From the NCBI RefSeq assembly GCF_006345805.1, contig NC_042999.1, forward strand, positions 64,976,001 to 65,040,000: a stretch of DNA of 64,000 bases, in the 5' to 3' direction. The notes beneath the pieces are model-generated. The model was given only the letters and a program-made list of their open reading frames with translations, did not search any database and was not told the origin of the DNA. A program made the position numbers and the translations under genes. How positions within the stretch are numbered: the first letter of the stretch is position 1; the number at the start of each line of letters is the position of its first letter. Of this stretch, positions 1-14,754 are shown piece by piece. Source of the DNA: Octopus sinensis (Eukaryota).

Positions 1-404
1 TGCTAGGTAAATATTTAAGGACATATATATGCAAATAGATAGAGAGATTCGTATTTATATAATAGGAAGCCTAACCGGGTTATGCAGACTTATGCTAAAT
101 ATTACGATATTATTAATAAATCTATAAAGTTATCTACATCTATATTTTTCAATAAGTTAAATCTGTTGTCAGTCATTAACATAAGCAAATCTAACAAAAT
201 GAAACGACTTTCTCATGAGGTAAATATTTATGCATCAAAATATGAATATAGAAAAATCTATCAAAAACAGATTTTCCATGGATCCAACCAATAAATTAAT
301 GTCTTGAAATGCATAATATCAGCGATTTCATGGTGTTGTTTGATATTAAGTTGATTTGCACGTTTTCATGCTCATGCGTTTTGCATTTGCGTGCATACAT
401 GTGC

Positions 405-461
<57 letters not shown>

Positions 462-852
462 ATATATATGTGACTACATCTATCCATCCATCCATCCATC
501 CATCTATCTATCTGTCTGTCTGTCTGTCTGTCTGTCTGTGTATATATATATATATATGCATATATATAATATGTATGTATATGTATGTCGGTGTGTGTAA
601 ATATATAAATGTATATATGTTTGTATGTGTATGTATATGTGTGTGTTAGTGTGTGAGAAAATGTGTGTGTGAATCTTCTTTGGCTGTCCGTCATAGGTCG
701 ATGTTGACTGTTCTTGTTCAATAATCATCTCTGACGGGCTTGTATTGGGGCTACAAGGCCTGCGTTTGATATGTAGGAGTGATGATATGTGTTTTAGGTG
801 TATGTATGCATGTATGTATGCATTGAGGAGAAAAACAGAGAAAATATATATA

Positions 853-1742
853 TAAATAGTGCGATTGGTAATTTGACGCCATTTTATAGTTTTTATTTCA
901 CACATGCGCAGTGTTTGTTTTGGATTTTATCGACTACACAATATAGCAGGGTCAGTTGGCACCGTCTGTCGGAAAAACAGCACCATGACGCAATACACTC
1001 TGTCAGAAATTTGGAAATGACATGCTGTACAGCTTGGCATTCGCGCCGGCGAATCCAATACGAACATTTCGGATTGTTTGGGTGTCAATCTGAAGACAGT
1101 GCAATTCGAGGGCATGTGCCGAGAGTGATAAAAATCAAACATCCAGTCGACATCTTAATGCTTGGAGTGATCACTCGTAATAGTGTCGTTATGCCTCCAC
1201 TCATCTTCGCACACGGCCTCAAACTCAACACGGAGGCTTATATCAAGTGCCTGGAGGAGGTAGTGCTGCCCTGGGTCAAAAGGGTGACTGATGGAAGACC
1301 CTATGTCTGGTAACAGGACTCTACATGATGCCACACAAGCAGGAGAATTCAGGCATGACTGTCAGACAATTTCTGCAACCACATCACCCCTAACATCTGG
1401 CCACCTAACATTCCAAACTGCGACCCCCTTGATTATTATGTGTGGAGTTCAGTTGAGAGAAAGACCAACAAAACTCCTTGTAACGCCAAAGATTAACTGC
1501 ATGCGAGGATTATGGCAGGATTCACCAACTTAAAGAAAGAAACCAGCCAGAAGTGTTGCAGGAGATTCCGAAGTCGTCTGGAGCTTGTGGTTGAAGCCAA
1601 TAGCGATTTCATTGGATACATTTACTCTTTAACAATTTAAGATATTTTTATGTAATTTTGGTAAATACATCTCTTAAAACGAGATGTCAGTGTTATTTTC
1701 ATTTTTACTAAATTTAGACGACAGTTTGTTCACTGTACCCTT
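853..1742 (+). mobile_element. Internally deleted maT-type (DD37D) Tc1/mariner transposon, non-functional
   Basis: N-terminus MTQYTLSEIWK*HAVQLGIRAG..LKTVQ is joined directly to VPRVIKIKHPVDILMLGVIT..MPPLIF..EVVLPWVKRVTDGRPYVW*QDST*CHTSRRIQA*LSDNFCNHITPNIWPPNIPNCDPLDYYVW. There are 37 residues between the last two Asp. Several stops; degenerate TA-flanked ends. Confidence 0.85.
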
Positions 1743-1748
1743 TATATA

Positions 1749-1808
<60 letters not shown>

Positions 1809-2274
1809 CGTGTGTGTGCGTGTGCGTGTAATATTCTTGTAACCCTGAATCAATCTTTGTGTGTGGGGGCGAATGATGGAGTGTGAATATATTAATATGT
1901 AAGCGCAGCTTTTTAAGTGAATCTTTTGAGTATTCTACTTTTTATACCAGAGTCCTCCCTTGCTCTTCTACTCTTCCCAAATACTGTTTAACTTTGCAGT
2001 CCCTCTAAGTTTGATTATAAACGAAGAAAACCATATTGAAAACAATATGATGTAGAATTCGAGACAATCTTATGTTTAGAGCAATCACTTGCTTGAACTT
2101 TAACGTATTTAAAAAAATCCGAAAATCCGAAATATATTAACTACAGTTATACTGGGGGCGTTTTGTTTAGGGATCAAAGTCCGTGGCATTTTCACCGTGT
2201 GTACTGCTATGGAATTAGCTTAACCGATAGGTAATGGTAAAATAAATTCTGAAGAGAGAAACTGTGGAGACCCG

Positions 2275-2335
<61 letters not shown>

Positions 2336-2363
2336 CATATACATACATATATATATATATATA

Positions 2364-2673
2364 TGCTGAGACCGCTTCGGTTATGACTGACCATGGGATT
2401 GCACCTAGAAAGTTACCCTTCCAGGCACAAGTCCGGGCAAGCTTGTTTATGGAAGACCAACAGTCGCCCATGCATACCACCAGTGTTATCAAGGGAAAGG
2501 CAAGCACGCTGATACAACTTGGCACATGTGACGTTGCACCTCATTTTTACAGCTCAGTGAACTGGAGCAACGTGAAATAAAGTATCTTGCTCAAGAATAC
2601 AACACGCAGCCCGGTCCGGGATTCGAATTCACAACCTCACGATCGTAAGCTCGACGCTCTAACCACTGAGCCA
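2364..2673 (-). mobile_element. tRNA-derived SINE, family B head with an alternative (RTE-like) 3' tail
   Basis: Minus strand TGGCTCAGTGGTTAGAGC (A box) ... ATTCGAATCCC (B box), then the TTGTATTCTTGAGCAAGATAC core shared with copies at 29.0, 36.1 and 54.9 kb. The tail differs from those copies. Confidence 0.8.
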
Positions 2674-2954
2674 GTTAATTCCAGAAAGTCATGTCCTCAT
2701 TAGGGATTACGTAATCCAAAGTAAGTATATCACTGGTTTAATTCGTATCATATAATGCGAACATCATTGGTAATGTGTTCAGGATTATTGAAATTATTAA
2801 TATTGAGGGAAAACAAGAAGAAAATGGAGGATAAATGGATGTAATTAATAATTTATTTGTATGTTATGAAAAGATGCATCACAGAACAGTAGAAGTAAAT
2901 TGATTGGAAGTTGAAAGCTCAAATAAAAAGAAATTAAGATAAAAAAAGAAATAA

Positions 2955-3073
2955 GAACCAACATATATGTTTCAGTCCTACCACCTAGTTCATGGAAATT
3001 ACTAAGCATTTTATTTAATGCAAAGAAAGTTGTCACATTCTAACTATATTGTGGTAGGACCTCGACAGGGATC
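2955..3073 (-). ncRNA. Type I hammerhead-ribozyme-like motif, U6 core variant, long helix II
   Basis: Minus strand GAUCC|CUGUCGA|G-GUCCUACCAC..66 nt..GUGGUAGGAC-U|GAAA|CAUAUAUG|UU|GGUUC. Helix II has a perfect 10-bp inverted repeat (2975-2984/3051-3060); helix III is palindromic; helix I pairs 4 of 5. Confidence 0.65.
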
Positions 3074-4019
3074 ATATGGATGTCATGCAGAGAAGTAGTG
3101 GCTTAAAAGTTAAAAGCTATGCATTGAAATTTTATTTGATTGGTAGGTTTTTAAAATTTATAAATATGCTATATACTATACATTATAATTAGGAATCATA
3201 AATAAATAAAAAGATGAAAATGCTATATACTATATATTATAATTGGGAAATATTAATAATTTAAACGATAAAATATGGAAAAAATTTAAACCAAGCTAAA
3301 AATATGATAAAATAAATATGATAGTTAAAACATTAAAACATAAAATAAAAAGTAAAATAAATTACAATAAGTTAAATACAATAAAATAAAATAAAGCAGA
3401 ATAAGAATAAAATCTATGGATTATTCTTATTGGTTTAGTGAGAGATACATGTATGACATGACCATGATAGAGGATGGATGGAAGTTTGAAAAATAGCTAT
3501 AACTAGTGGGACTTACTTATCGTTGCTGATTGGGATACATAGATGCATATTCAAAACAACTGGACGGTTGGGACAAGAAACATCGAATACATAATGGCTC
3601 ATAAGTGTTTTAATTGAGTATATGTGCCTAAAATATATATAAATATACTCGCATACATAGATACAGTAGATACACACCCACACCCACCCACCCATACACC
3701 CATTTTATTAAATATTCCGACTATATCAATATAATATGACTGAATATTTCTTGATTTTTATCAATTTTATACGCTGTTTTCATTAAATTTCTTCAATTAT
3801 TTCTTTTTCAAAAGTGGTTATGATATAAAAGTACGAAGAAATTATTGTTTTTAAATGAAAGAATGTTTTATTCATTTTTCATTATTCATTTATTCATTAT
3901 TCATTATTCATTTTAATACTTCAGAAACTGACATGATGTAGGATCGTTAAGTGAAGAGCAATTTCCTTAAGAGTTTTGCCGGTTACTTTTCGAGGTCTCC
4001 GAAGCTAAGTACGAGATTA

Positions 4020-4485
4020 TGCTTCCTTAGGAAGTTTGCTTTCCTACTACAGAGGCCTGGGTTCAATTCTGTTCCGTGTCACATTGGGCAGGTTGTCTTC
4101 AACTATAATCCCGGTTGACATTAGCCTTGTGAGAAGATTTAGTGGACGGAAACTGAAAGAAGCCACTCGAATATATGTATGAGTGTGTCTTCGTGCTTGT
4201 CACAAACCACCGCTCGTTACTTGGTGTTAGTTTGTTTTTGTACACGCGACTTAGCGATTCGGTAAAAGACACCAATATAACTAGCAAACTTTCAAAGAAT
4301 AACTGCGGAGTTTTATTTATTGTCTAGTCAATTATTTCGCTTAGCAGCCACGTGGTTTTTATTCCAGTCTCGCAGGACACGGCAAATTAGATGTCTGGTT
4401 CGGGTCGATAAGTTCTGTGGTCAATTCAAGCTGATGCCCCAACAAGGCCGCAGTCTAACGACTGAAACAAGCAATAGAAAAGCCA
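4020..4485 (+). mobile_element. Degenerate family C SINE
   Basis: Contains GACGGAAACTGAAAGAAGCC and the tail GGCCGCAGTCTAACGACTGAAACAAG, homologous to better-preserved copies in the window. Confidence 0.55.
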
Positions 4486-4829
4486 TCTCAAATATATAGC
4501 ACGCTGCCATAGTCTCCGAAATTTATTATTTATATAAGAAACTCAAACTTACGAAACCATACCGAAAATGTCATATGAAATTGTACATAACTTCTGGTTA
4601 ACTTTTAAGAAAAACAACAAAACGAAACTGAATCTTGTGAGTTTTCATATGTTATAACATAAGCCTTATATGTGAAATGTTATCAATTTGCAAAAGGCCT
4701 TTTAATGCTGTTTTTCTATTTGAAGTCTATCATGGTATAAATTGAACAAAAATATTTCTCAAGAACTTATACAAAATATTTTTTCGTATTTACGTAAACT
4801 TCAAAGCAAAACTAGTGTTCTTGAAACGA

Positions 4830-4920
<91 letters not shown>

Positions 4921-5639
4921 TACGTATGTATGTAGATGTATGAATATATGTATGATTGTAAAGATAGATAGATGTAATTATATATGTATGTATATTTGAA
5001 TGTTTATATAAATTAATATATATACTTCCATATATATAAGTAAACCCCCCTCAACATCTATATATTGTATATATAAAAGATGTATCTATGTATGAATTGA
5101 TATATGTATGTATTTTACATCCATGTATCCAACTGATTAAATTTCAAGTGCATTCTCATAAAATATTTGCAGTGAAAAAATTTATACAGAAATTATGGTG
5201 AGATGGTATTTGAAGTGTCAATGTTGTATGGATGAAATTTAGAATTTAAAATATAGACTAATACACTATATAATAGCAGGATACAATTTGAGTAAACATG
5301 GTAAAGAACATATCGGATTCATAGAAACGAATAATAATGAATATAAAATATATTTCGTCCCATTAAAGCAACAAATATATCGCTTGAAGTAACGGTTGTA
5401 TTTTATTATACCAATAGAAGATATGAATTATTTAAATTGAAACAAAATATATAAAAAAGCACCTAAATGAAAATGTGAAAGGTGACAAGTGTGTTTCCTG
5501 ATATTCATTATTTTATTAACCGGAAAAGTGAAATATATTTTTGATGATGTTTGGTATTAACGTTTCAGTAGTATGAATTTTGTAGTGGTAGCTTGTGTTA
5601 CCAATAAACGCTATATATATATATATATATATGTCATTA

Positions 5640-6712
5640 TTTAATTTATTTCAAGATTTGTTGCCAATAGGGAAAGAACCGGTTTCTAACCTACATCCTT
5701 CATTGGAATTTCAACATCAGCAACTGGGTATTTTTGTGTGTGTGTATGTATATATGAATGTATATATGGATGTGCAGATTTAAATGTTTTACGTCTGTAT
5801 TTTCATGCGTATATTTGCAATTTTAGACATGCTCCTATATATTTAAATGCTAAACGTCAGGTAAGTTTTACAGATTTTACAGTCCCAGTGATGGATTGGA
5901 TCTGTAGTCTTCGAATTAGCTTTCTCCTTTCTGATTCTGAGAAGATTTATTTCTCAAGATTGGTATTTAGGCAGTGTGTTACATATACCAGGGCCCCAAT
6001 AAATACAGGTATAAACATGAACTTGTAATCTGGATAGAGTAAGTGCAGATTTCTCAATAGGTTTGCTCTTTTTCCCTGATCTTCAACTTCATATTAACAT
6101 CCACTGTACTCAGTTTCTCTTCTCTATCCAAAATCATTATATCAGGTGTGTTGTTGTTTACATTTTATTGAGGTCTTCACCGATACGTTCCACCAGTATT
6201 CCTTTTTTATTATGGCTTTTACCATTTCGTGGGTTCTTACTTCTTTGTCCTTAGCATTATCCTTCCGACGCATTTCACTATAGAGTGTCCTAGCTACGTC
6301 GTGTTTCATCGGTAGATAATACCGTGGTGACTGTTTCGGACAACTTCTTCTGATGTGGGTGATATTTTCAGTGTGAACTCTACAGAGTCTGAATCGGTTG
6401 TGACATTTTACCGCTTTTCCTGCATTACTATCTCTTTTGTGCATCAGGTACTTGGTTGATATTTCTTGTTCCTGGATTGCAAATGCATACCCTTCAAAGT
6501 GGGAAGTAGTAATCCGACTATTCGTCCATGATAAACTATTTTGATGATCGATGTTACTATCATCACGAAGCTTTCTACTAACATATCCATGCATAGTCTT
6601 CTGCTTATATAGGCTCATCCTTTCATCTGATGACACGTTGCAGTACAGTCGTACGACTTCTTTGGGCATGTATTCTAGGTTATCAGACAAAGAGCGTTGC
6701 TCAAAAATGAAA
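5640..6712 (-). mobile_element. 3' fragment of an RLE-type (R4/Dong-like) non-LTR retrotransposon
   Basis: Minus ORF 6142-6690 has FEGYAFAIQEQEISTKYL..RLCRVHTENITHIRRSCPK..RYYLPMKHDVA (degenerate CCHC knuckle region). It continues in broken frames with PDIMI.DREEK and FIPVFIGAL (RLE domain), then a 3' UTR. Confidence 0.75.
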
Positions 6713-7218
6713 AACTGTCATACAACTGTCATCGTCATTTGTATGTGTGCATATGAGTGTTTAGATATGTATGTATATATACATAACTGTGTGTATATAT
6801 GTTGTCATGCTTACGATTGTCAACAACTAGCGTTGCTGTTTATGCTATAACGTTTCCCGTCTTGTTAGCAAACGATTCAACTGATACAAAACGATAAAAT
6901 AAATACCAGACGGAAATACGAATATCGATTCAAATGATCAAATTTAGAAAATAGAAAAAGAAACTTGTTGCTGATAATCTATTCCATTGATTAAAACTCT
7001 TAAGAGAATAATAGAATACAAGAATCGGAGAGTGAGACATACTCCCTTTGCCAGCGATGAGGTTTATATCATCACGCGCCTGGGGCACGTATAGAGAATA
7101 TTTTAAATTGTAAACCTATCACAACTTATAACAGGATTTATTGCCATGTTGAAATGCGCTGGTAAAACAAATCTATCACGTCCTTCTAGATTGGATAACG
7201 CAGCACAGAACATGGATA

Positions 7219-7330
<112 letters not shown>

Positions 7331-7393
7331 ACACACACATACACAGACACACACACACACACACGTATATATATATTCACACACACACACTGC

Positions 7394-7432
<39 letters not shown>

Positions 7433-7819
7433 TCGTTCAATTATTCTTCTATCATTTGATGATTGATCGATAATTTACTTTGTTACCAACGGATAGTATC
7501 GCTAGGGACGTGCACATTACTGAAAACATGATGGATTAAAGCGATTGCTTCATATTCCTACAAGACAATATGGACAGTTCATCGATGAAGGTGGAGACGA
7601 TGAACGATGGTTGTTGGCGATGATGGTGGCGATTATGATTGAGACAATTACGATGTGTGTGATGATAGTGTTCTCTGGAAAAAATTTATTCAATACTTTC
7701 TAGAGTTGTCAAAGACATACTTCAAGTTTTCTAAAATTGAATAAAGTGAATAAAATAATAATGGCTACACACAAACTTGTACCTAATAAAGAAAATTAAT
7801 AATAACAATAATAATAATG

Positions 7820-8328
<509 letters not shown>

Positions 8329-8395
8329 CTTTTTGCCACAAGGTCAGCTTTGGAGAGGTGGCAATGAGTTGATTACATCGACCCCAGTGCATCTG

Positions 8396-9600
8396 CTGCG
8401 AGGGAGAAACATATTTGCTTAAAAGCCGAATGCCAGAAACATAATTTCGGCAATAAACTCGCGCGCAGTCTCAGTAGTTCAGTATGGTGCTGGAATCCTA
8501 AAGTGGACAGAGGCGGATCTAATGGAGATGGACAGGAAGTCAAGAAAGCTCCTAACGATGCACAAATCCCTTCATCCACGTGCAGACACTGATCACCTAT
8601 ACATGAAGTGAGCAAATGGAGGAAGAGGACTGATAAGTGTGAAAGACTGCGAGCGTATCGAACTCGAGAGCTCAATGAGATAACTAGCCTAAAGTGAGGA
8701 AACCATGCTAGTGTCAATTGGAAACGGGGGAGTATTCAGAGCAGAGGGGAAAAGGAAGACAAAGGAAGAAGTACCAAAAAAACATGAAGAAGAACGGACT
8801 ACGCAATCAATTCGATATAGACACAACAGAATTTGCTGAAAAAAATAGGTGGCATTGGCTGATGAAAGAACATTAAAAAAAGAGACCGAGACCACAGGAC
8901 TGGCAGTGCTAGACCAAGTTCTGGCCACGAACTTGAGAGTCAACCTTAAGAAATAGCAAATGTCTCAGCTGTGCTGTATCTTCAATAGAGTGGATGAAAC
9001 CATTGCCCATATCACGAACGAATGCCCTAGATTTGCCCATAACCACTACAAATTGTAGTGACAAGATCAAGTACCGAAAGTGCTGGAAAGTACTGGAAGC
9101 TTTGCAAAGAGTGGGGGCTAGAGAGCGGAAAGACGTGATATGAGTACAAGCTGCAGTGTGTGACGGAATCGGAGACTATCAAAATCCACTGGAATTTCTC
9201 AATCCAAACAGATAAAGTGCTACAGTATAATAGACAGGACCTAGTGGTGTTGGACAAGGTGCACCATATATGCTATATAGTTGATGTTGCAAGATCCTTT
9301 GAGTCAGGAATAGTCAGGAAGGAAGGCGAAATGGCCCGGCTATGGAAAATAAAGAAGGTGAAGATAGAGTCAATTATTATTGGGTCCTTGGCAATAGTAT
9401 CAGAAAGCTTCAAGGAGAATATAAAGATATTGGAATAAAATGCCCAGTTGAAATGTTAGAAACATTTTGCCTCCTTGGCACGGCCAGAATAATCAGGAAA
9501 GTATTAGATAGCTGTAAAGAACGGATAGCATGGTATCATAGGCTGCAGGTAGCAAGCCTGCTACGCTTGCAAGATGCCAGGAGTTCAACAAAACCTATGA
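8396..9600 (+). mobile_element. 3' fragment of a second R4/Dong-like LINE (RT thumb, knuckle, RLE), pseudogenised
   Basis: Frames give SAINSRAVSVVQYGAGILKWTEADLMEMDRKSRKLLTMHKSLHPRADTDHLYMK..GGRGLISV, then ETIAHITNECP, and IHWNFSIQTDKVLQYNRQDLVVLDK..CYIVDVA. Many stops and frameshifts; ends in AATAATGATAAT. Confidence 0.85.
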
Positions 9601-10459
9601 TAAAGAGAAATAATGATAATTATCATTATTTCTACTCTAGGCACAAGGCCTTGAAAATCATTTGGGGAAAATGAGCTAAGTCCGTAACTGGTACTTATTT
9701 CATCGACCCCGAAAAGATGAAAGGCGAACCAGACACAAATCAGGACTTAAATCAGATACAAAGATGTAAATTTTCGGTTGGTAGGTCGTTTATAATGATC
9801 CCAGATTCTATCCTTTATCTATTTGATTGAACACAGAAGGATGAAAGGAATTAAAATTGACCTCCGAGGGATTCGAACTCAGACTGCAAATGGTCGGGAA
9901 AAATAACTTCAAAATACTCCTCTGGTACTGTGCAGTTTCGAAAAGCGTAAGATAATACTGTAAAACACGCCAAAACATCATAAAGTAAGGGATAACAATA
10001 AAAATAAATAATAACACATATAAAACAAACGAAATGAAAATATTTAACAGAGAAACGAAAGACAAAAAGGAATCAAATACAAGCATGGAACTTTTCTATA
10101 CAATTATCTTTCGTTTGCAGATGCAAAGAAATGCAGAAAGTTTGTTTTAAAAACCAACAAAAATAAAATCTTTTTCAGTTGATTCTTTTAGTTTTTTATT
10201 CCTTCTACCACTCACCTCCACCGTCCCTCTACACACATACACATAAATAAATTTATATAAATGCAGACACAAACACACACACACACATGTGTGTGTGCGC
10301 GTGTGCATGAAAGAGTGTATATATGTATGTATATATATTTAAGTTTTTACTTATACCTGTATCATACATACACATATGTATGCGTGTAATCATATATATG
10401 TGTCTGTGTGTGTATGCATTTATGTACACACACACATATACATACGTACACACACACAC

Positions 10460-10494
<35 letters not shown>

Positions 10495-10868
10495 CGTGTG
10501 TGTATGTGTGTGTAGGTGCGTGTCTGTCTGCATTTTAATATTTATAAACTTTTTCATCCTCTATTTCGTAATATTCGAAGGATTATGGTTCTCCAATAAT
10601 TTTATAAAAAAGATATGCTCTCCGAACAAAATCGAAAAACGTACTTCAATCACAAGTGAAAAATAGACTATTACGGTTAAAAAAACTATTGTATAAATGG
10701 AAACACATACACGCACAGACAAATGGATGTTTAAGCTGTAAGTGTGTATGTACGAATTTAAGTGTGTATGCATATATGTATGAATATACGCATACACACA
10801 CACATATATACAAATACATACATATATATATGTAAACACACATATATATGTATGTAGTTTATGTTTGC

Positions 10869-10908
<40 letters not shown>

Positions 10909-11822
10909 CTCTTTGCGTGTGAGTGCGCAATATATTTATATATATGTACAAATATATATAAATATATATATACATATACCATATAAATTCATATATGTAT
11001 ATATATAAATATATATATATATATCGACGTATACATACAAATATATATGTCTATATATAAATATATTTATTTAGATATAAACATACATAAGTATATAAAT
11101 ATATATTTGCGTGTATATATAAACATATATATATATATATTCACACACACACATACATATCTATAAAATAATCTCTATGGAAATCAATGTGTTTGTCTGA
11201 GTACATGCATATGTTAGTATGAATATGGAAAAATAACATATTTACAGCCGCATCGTTTTGTTTCATTTTAACATCGTACTTTAAACATACACACCCACAC
11301 AGTCACATACACATACACGCGCGTGCACATAGGTATACATACATTCATATATGTATATATATGTGTGTGTGTGTGTGTATTTATAGCAGTATGCATATAT
11401 CTGTGCATTGTCTATTTTAACTGTAAAGTTTATCTATGCAGATGGCCAGGCAAATGTTTCGCTAATGCTTGCGAAAGGATTTTCTTGGTGATTATCTGAA
11501 GTATGCCTTTGCAATTTTATTTAAATTTCGCGAAGAGATCTTATTACGATTGGGCAAATATTTTCTACTTAGTTAAATGTAACCTACCTAATGTGTGTTT
11601 ATATATATATGTATATATATATATATATATATCTATATATATATATATACCTATATATGGATGTATATATGTATACACACACACATATATATATGCATAC
11701 ATACATACATACATATATATGTATATATTTATGCATATATGTATATATATACATAAATACTCACACAGACCCACACACGCACGCACGCACATACAGACAA
11801 AGACACACACACACACACACAC

Positions 11823-11888
<66 letters not shown>

Positions 11889-12845
11889 CGAAATGGGACA
11901 AGAATGCAAAACATCCAGATAGACGATACAAAGAATATAAGGACGGGTCATTCGGAGTTTTCTTTCCTCAGTCGAGTTTCACATTATCTTTGCAATTTCG
12001 GCTGGTTATACTCAAAATTGCTCCAATCTGGCCAGCCCCAAGGAAAAACGAAGCTAAGAGCATTAGATTCCTTGGACGAAAGCAGTGAATGTATACGAAA
12101 CAAGGATGGAAGAAAGTGGTGAAGGTTACACAAATAGAAATAATAAGACATAACAACTGGTGTCTTTCGACGAAGGAAGAATTATATTAAGCTGGCGTGT
12201 GTGGAAGTAAAGCCTTACGACAAGGATACAAGATTTCACAGGCACAGTGAAGAATATAGATGTTGCCGGGAAGCGGCCGAACCAAGAAAGAAAAAGGTCA
12301 GGTTTGGCCGAACACCGGTCACGTGGGGAGAGAAAAGAGAGAGAGGTAGAGGTAGAAAGACAAGAAATAAGGAGGGGCAAGAAAAAATGACAGAGACAGT
12401 GAATGAAAAGAGGTGGGAAAGTGAGCATGAAGAGCAGGCAATGAAATGTGAGTGAGGGGGAACGAAAGAACGAAGAGTGGAATGATCGAAGTAAGCGTAA
12501 AAGGGCTGATAGAAAGAAGGAAATAATAAAAGGATAAAAGAATAGGGTCGTACAAGATTTAGATAGTTATATACTTACACATATATATACATTTAAAATG
12601 ATATTACAATGTAGTTCAGTAGCAGTAATTAAGTGTGATTACAGTAATAATGAAATAGTTCTTCCGCAAAAACGTACATCCGAGTTCAGTATGACTGAAT
12701 GGTACTTTAGACAAGTTTCTCCCTTCTATGTACTAATCTCCGTGTTCATTGTTTTACTATATTATATTTACATATTTACATATTTCCCATGTTTATAATT
12801 ATACCATATGTTATATATATAATTATATATATATATATATGTATG

Positions 12846-12890
<45 letters not shown>

Positions 12891-12891
12891 G

Positions 12892-12939
<48 letters not shown>

Positions 12940-12983
12940 ATATATATATAATAATAATTAATTAATTTTGCCCTCAATTGTTG

Positions 12984-13014
<31 letters not shown>

Positions 13015-13017
<3 letters not shown>

Positions 13018-13232
13018 CAAAGTGGAGTTGTAAGGTACCGCACGAGTGGAATTATATACGAAAGAAGGTTTGAAAATGCAACTTTAAAAGATGTTTATTT
13101 ACTTTACCGGTTTCACTCTTTAGAAAAAGATTGTCAAAAGTAACATGTAAAAGTTTGGTTGTGTTAATTATTGGTTGTCACAAAATGCTACAATACATAT
13201 ATACAGTCTTTGGTAACAAGGACATGTTAAGG
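13015..13232 (-). mobile_element. PLE pseudo-LTR/retrozyme-like repeat; second copy at 47493-47710
   Basis: About 215 bp closely similar to 47493-47710; contains an HHR motif; its 3' end abuts (TA)n. The PLE label is inferred. Confidence 0.65.
13099..13143 (-). ncRNA. Minimal type I hammerhead-like motif, U3/A8 core
   Basis: UUACUU|UUGACAA|UCUUUUUCUAAAGAGU|GAAA|CCGG|UA|AAGUAA. Helix I is 6 bp perfect; palindromic CCGG cap on helix III. Confidence 0.65.
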
Positions 13233-13240
13233 ACAGATAT

Positions 13241-13291
<51 letters not shown>

Positions 13292-13384
13292 TAGATAGAT
13301 AGATATATAGATAGATAGATAGATACATACATACATACATGAAATATGATATATATGTATACACACACACAGACACAGATATGT

Positions 13385-13625
13385 TTATATATGTGTGTGT
13401 GTTTGCTACTCCGTCACCGCTGGACCATCAGTCTTGATTTATTTACATTCCCATAGTTTAACGGTTCGGCAAAGAGCCGGATAGAATACGTACTAGACTT
13501 AAGCTTAAGTAATCAGAAGCATTGCGGTCGATTTGTTCCACGTAAAACCCTTCAAGGTCCGTACCCCAGCAGGTGCCACGATCCACTGTCTGAAACGAGT
13601 GGAAGATAAAAGACAAAGATAGAAA
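13385..13625 (+). mobile_element. 3' half of family C SINE
   Basis: GGTTCGGCAAAGAGCCGGATAGAATACGTACTAG..CTGAAACGAGT tail homology with other family C copies. Confidence 0.6.
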
Positions 13626-14455
13626 GAAAAGAAGATTTTTGAGATGGCAGCATTTGAATTCGGGAAGATTTAAATGCTATTTCATGCAAGTAAACCCACC
13701 GTATGGAACGGAGTCTCACACCTTTCTGGATATGCAAATAAACTGAATAAGAATAATGCCTTTGATGTAGGATTTTGATTTGCGCAACTTTCTATTAAAT
13801 TCGACTAGAATAAAATGCAAAATCTTTTATGAATGTAAACACAATTTCTAAACGAAAAATTCGAGTAATTTTATAGATAACTAAAGCAGGATTTACTTCG
13901 ATGAGGTTTCTCTTCAGTATTACGTTTCTAAGCGATATGAAGAGATTACGTATGAATACAGTTGGAGAAATAACTTTTGTAACGTCTAGTAATAGAACTT
14001 CGGATCAAATCGAAAAAATAAATAAATACAATAAATAAAACTGAAACTGCAAAATTTCTGTCATCACAAGGAGTAAAGCGAGAAAATAAAACGATTTTTG
14101 AAGTAAAGAATGAAAATCGTTTAACACGATAAGATGGTACTTCAATTACAAAGAATCACCAAAAGATGGCGACAGAGGGAGGTGGAAGGAGGAGAAAGAA
14201 AAAGAAAGCGAGAAGGAAACAGAGAAAAGAATTGAAAGAAAGAGGGAGAAACAGAAAAAAGCAAAAAGAAAACCATCAGAAACATAGAAACAAGAAAGAT
14301 AATGCCTTAGAGGTATAATAATACAACAAAAAAATATGTAGAAGCTGATGACAATGTGCTGAGGCATTTCTCTGGATACGATTGCGTTTAAGGAGCTAAG
14401 TTAGACACGTAAATATATATATATATATGTATGTGTGTGTATGTGTGTCTATGTT

Positions 14456-14548
<93 letters not shown>

Positions 14549-14668
14549 TTATATATCATTGTATTTATGCATATATTAATAAATATGTACACGTGTATAT
14601 GCATATATTTGCATGTATGTGTGAGTCACACACACACTCTCTCTCTCTCTCTCTCTGTATATATATAT

Positions 14669-14701
<33 letters not shown>

Positions 14702-14707
14702 TATATA

Positions 14708-14754
<47 letters not shown>

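Noticed and set aside
668-775. Possible RTE-like LINE 3' tip (GGACAGCCAAAGAAGA on the minus strand)
   Set aside because: Too short, and no coding motif or second copy to support it.
5660-5720. CCAAUGA..GAAA-CCGG-UU hammerhead look-alike
   Set aside because: Two core mismatches and no convincing helix I or II; lies in a LINE 3' UTR.
11941-11980. CUGAGGA..GAAU motif on the minus strand in a probable dispersed repeat (about 11885-12560)
   Set aside because: GAAU instead of GAAA, a 2-bp helix II and no helix I; single copy in the window.
13900-13925. CUGAAGA immediately followed by GAAAC (minus strand)
   Set aside because: No helix II or helix I; likely chance.
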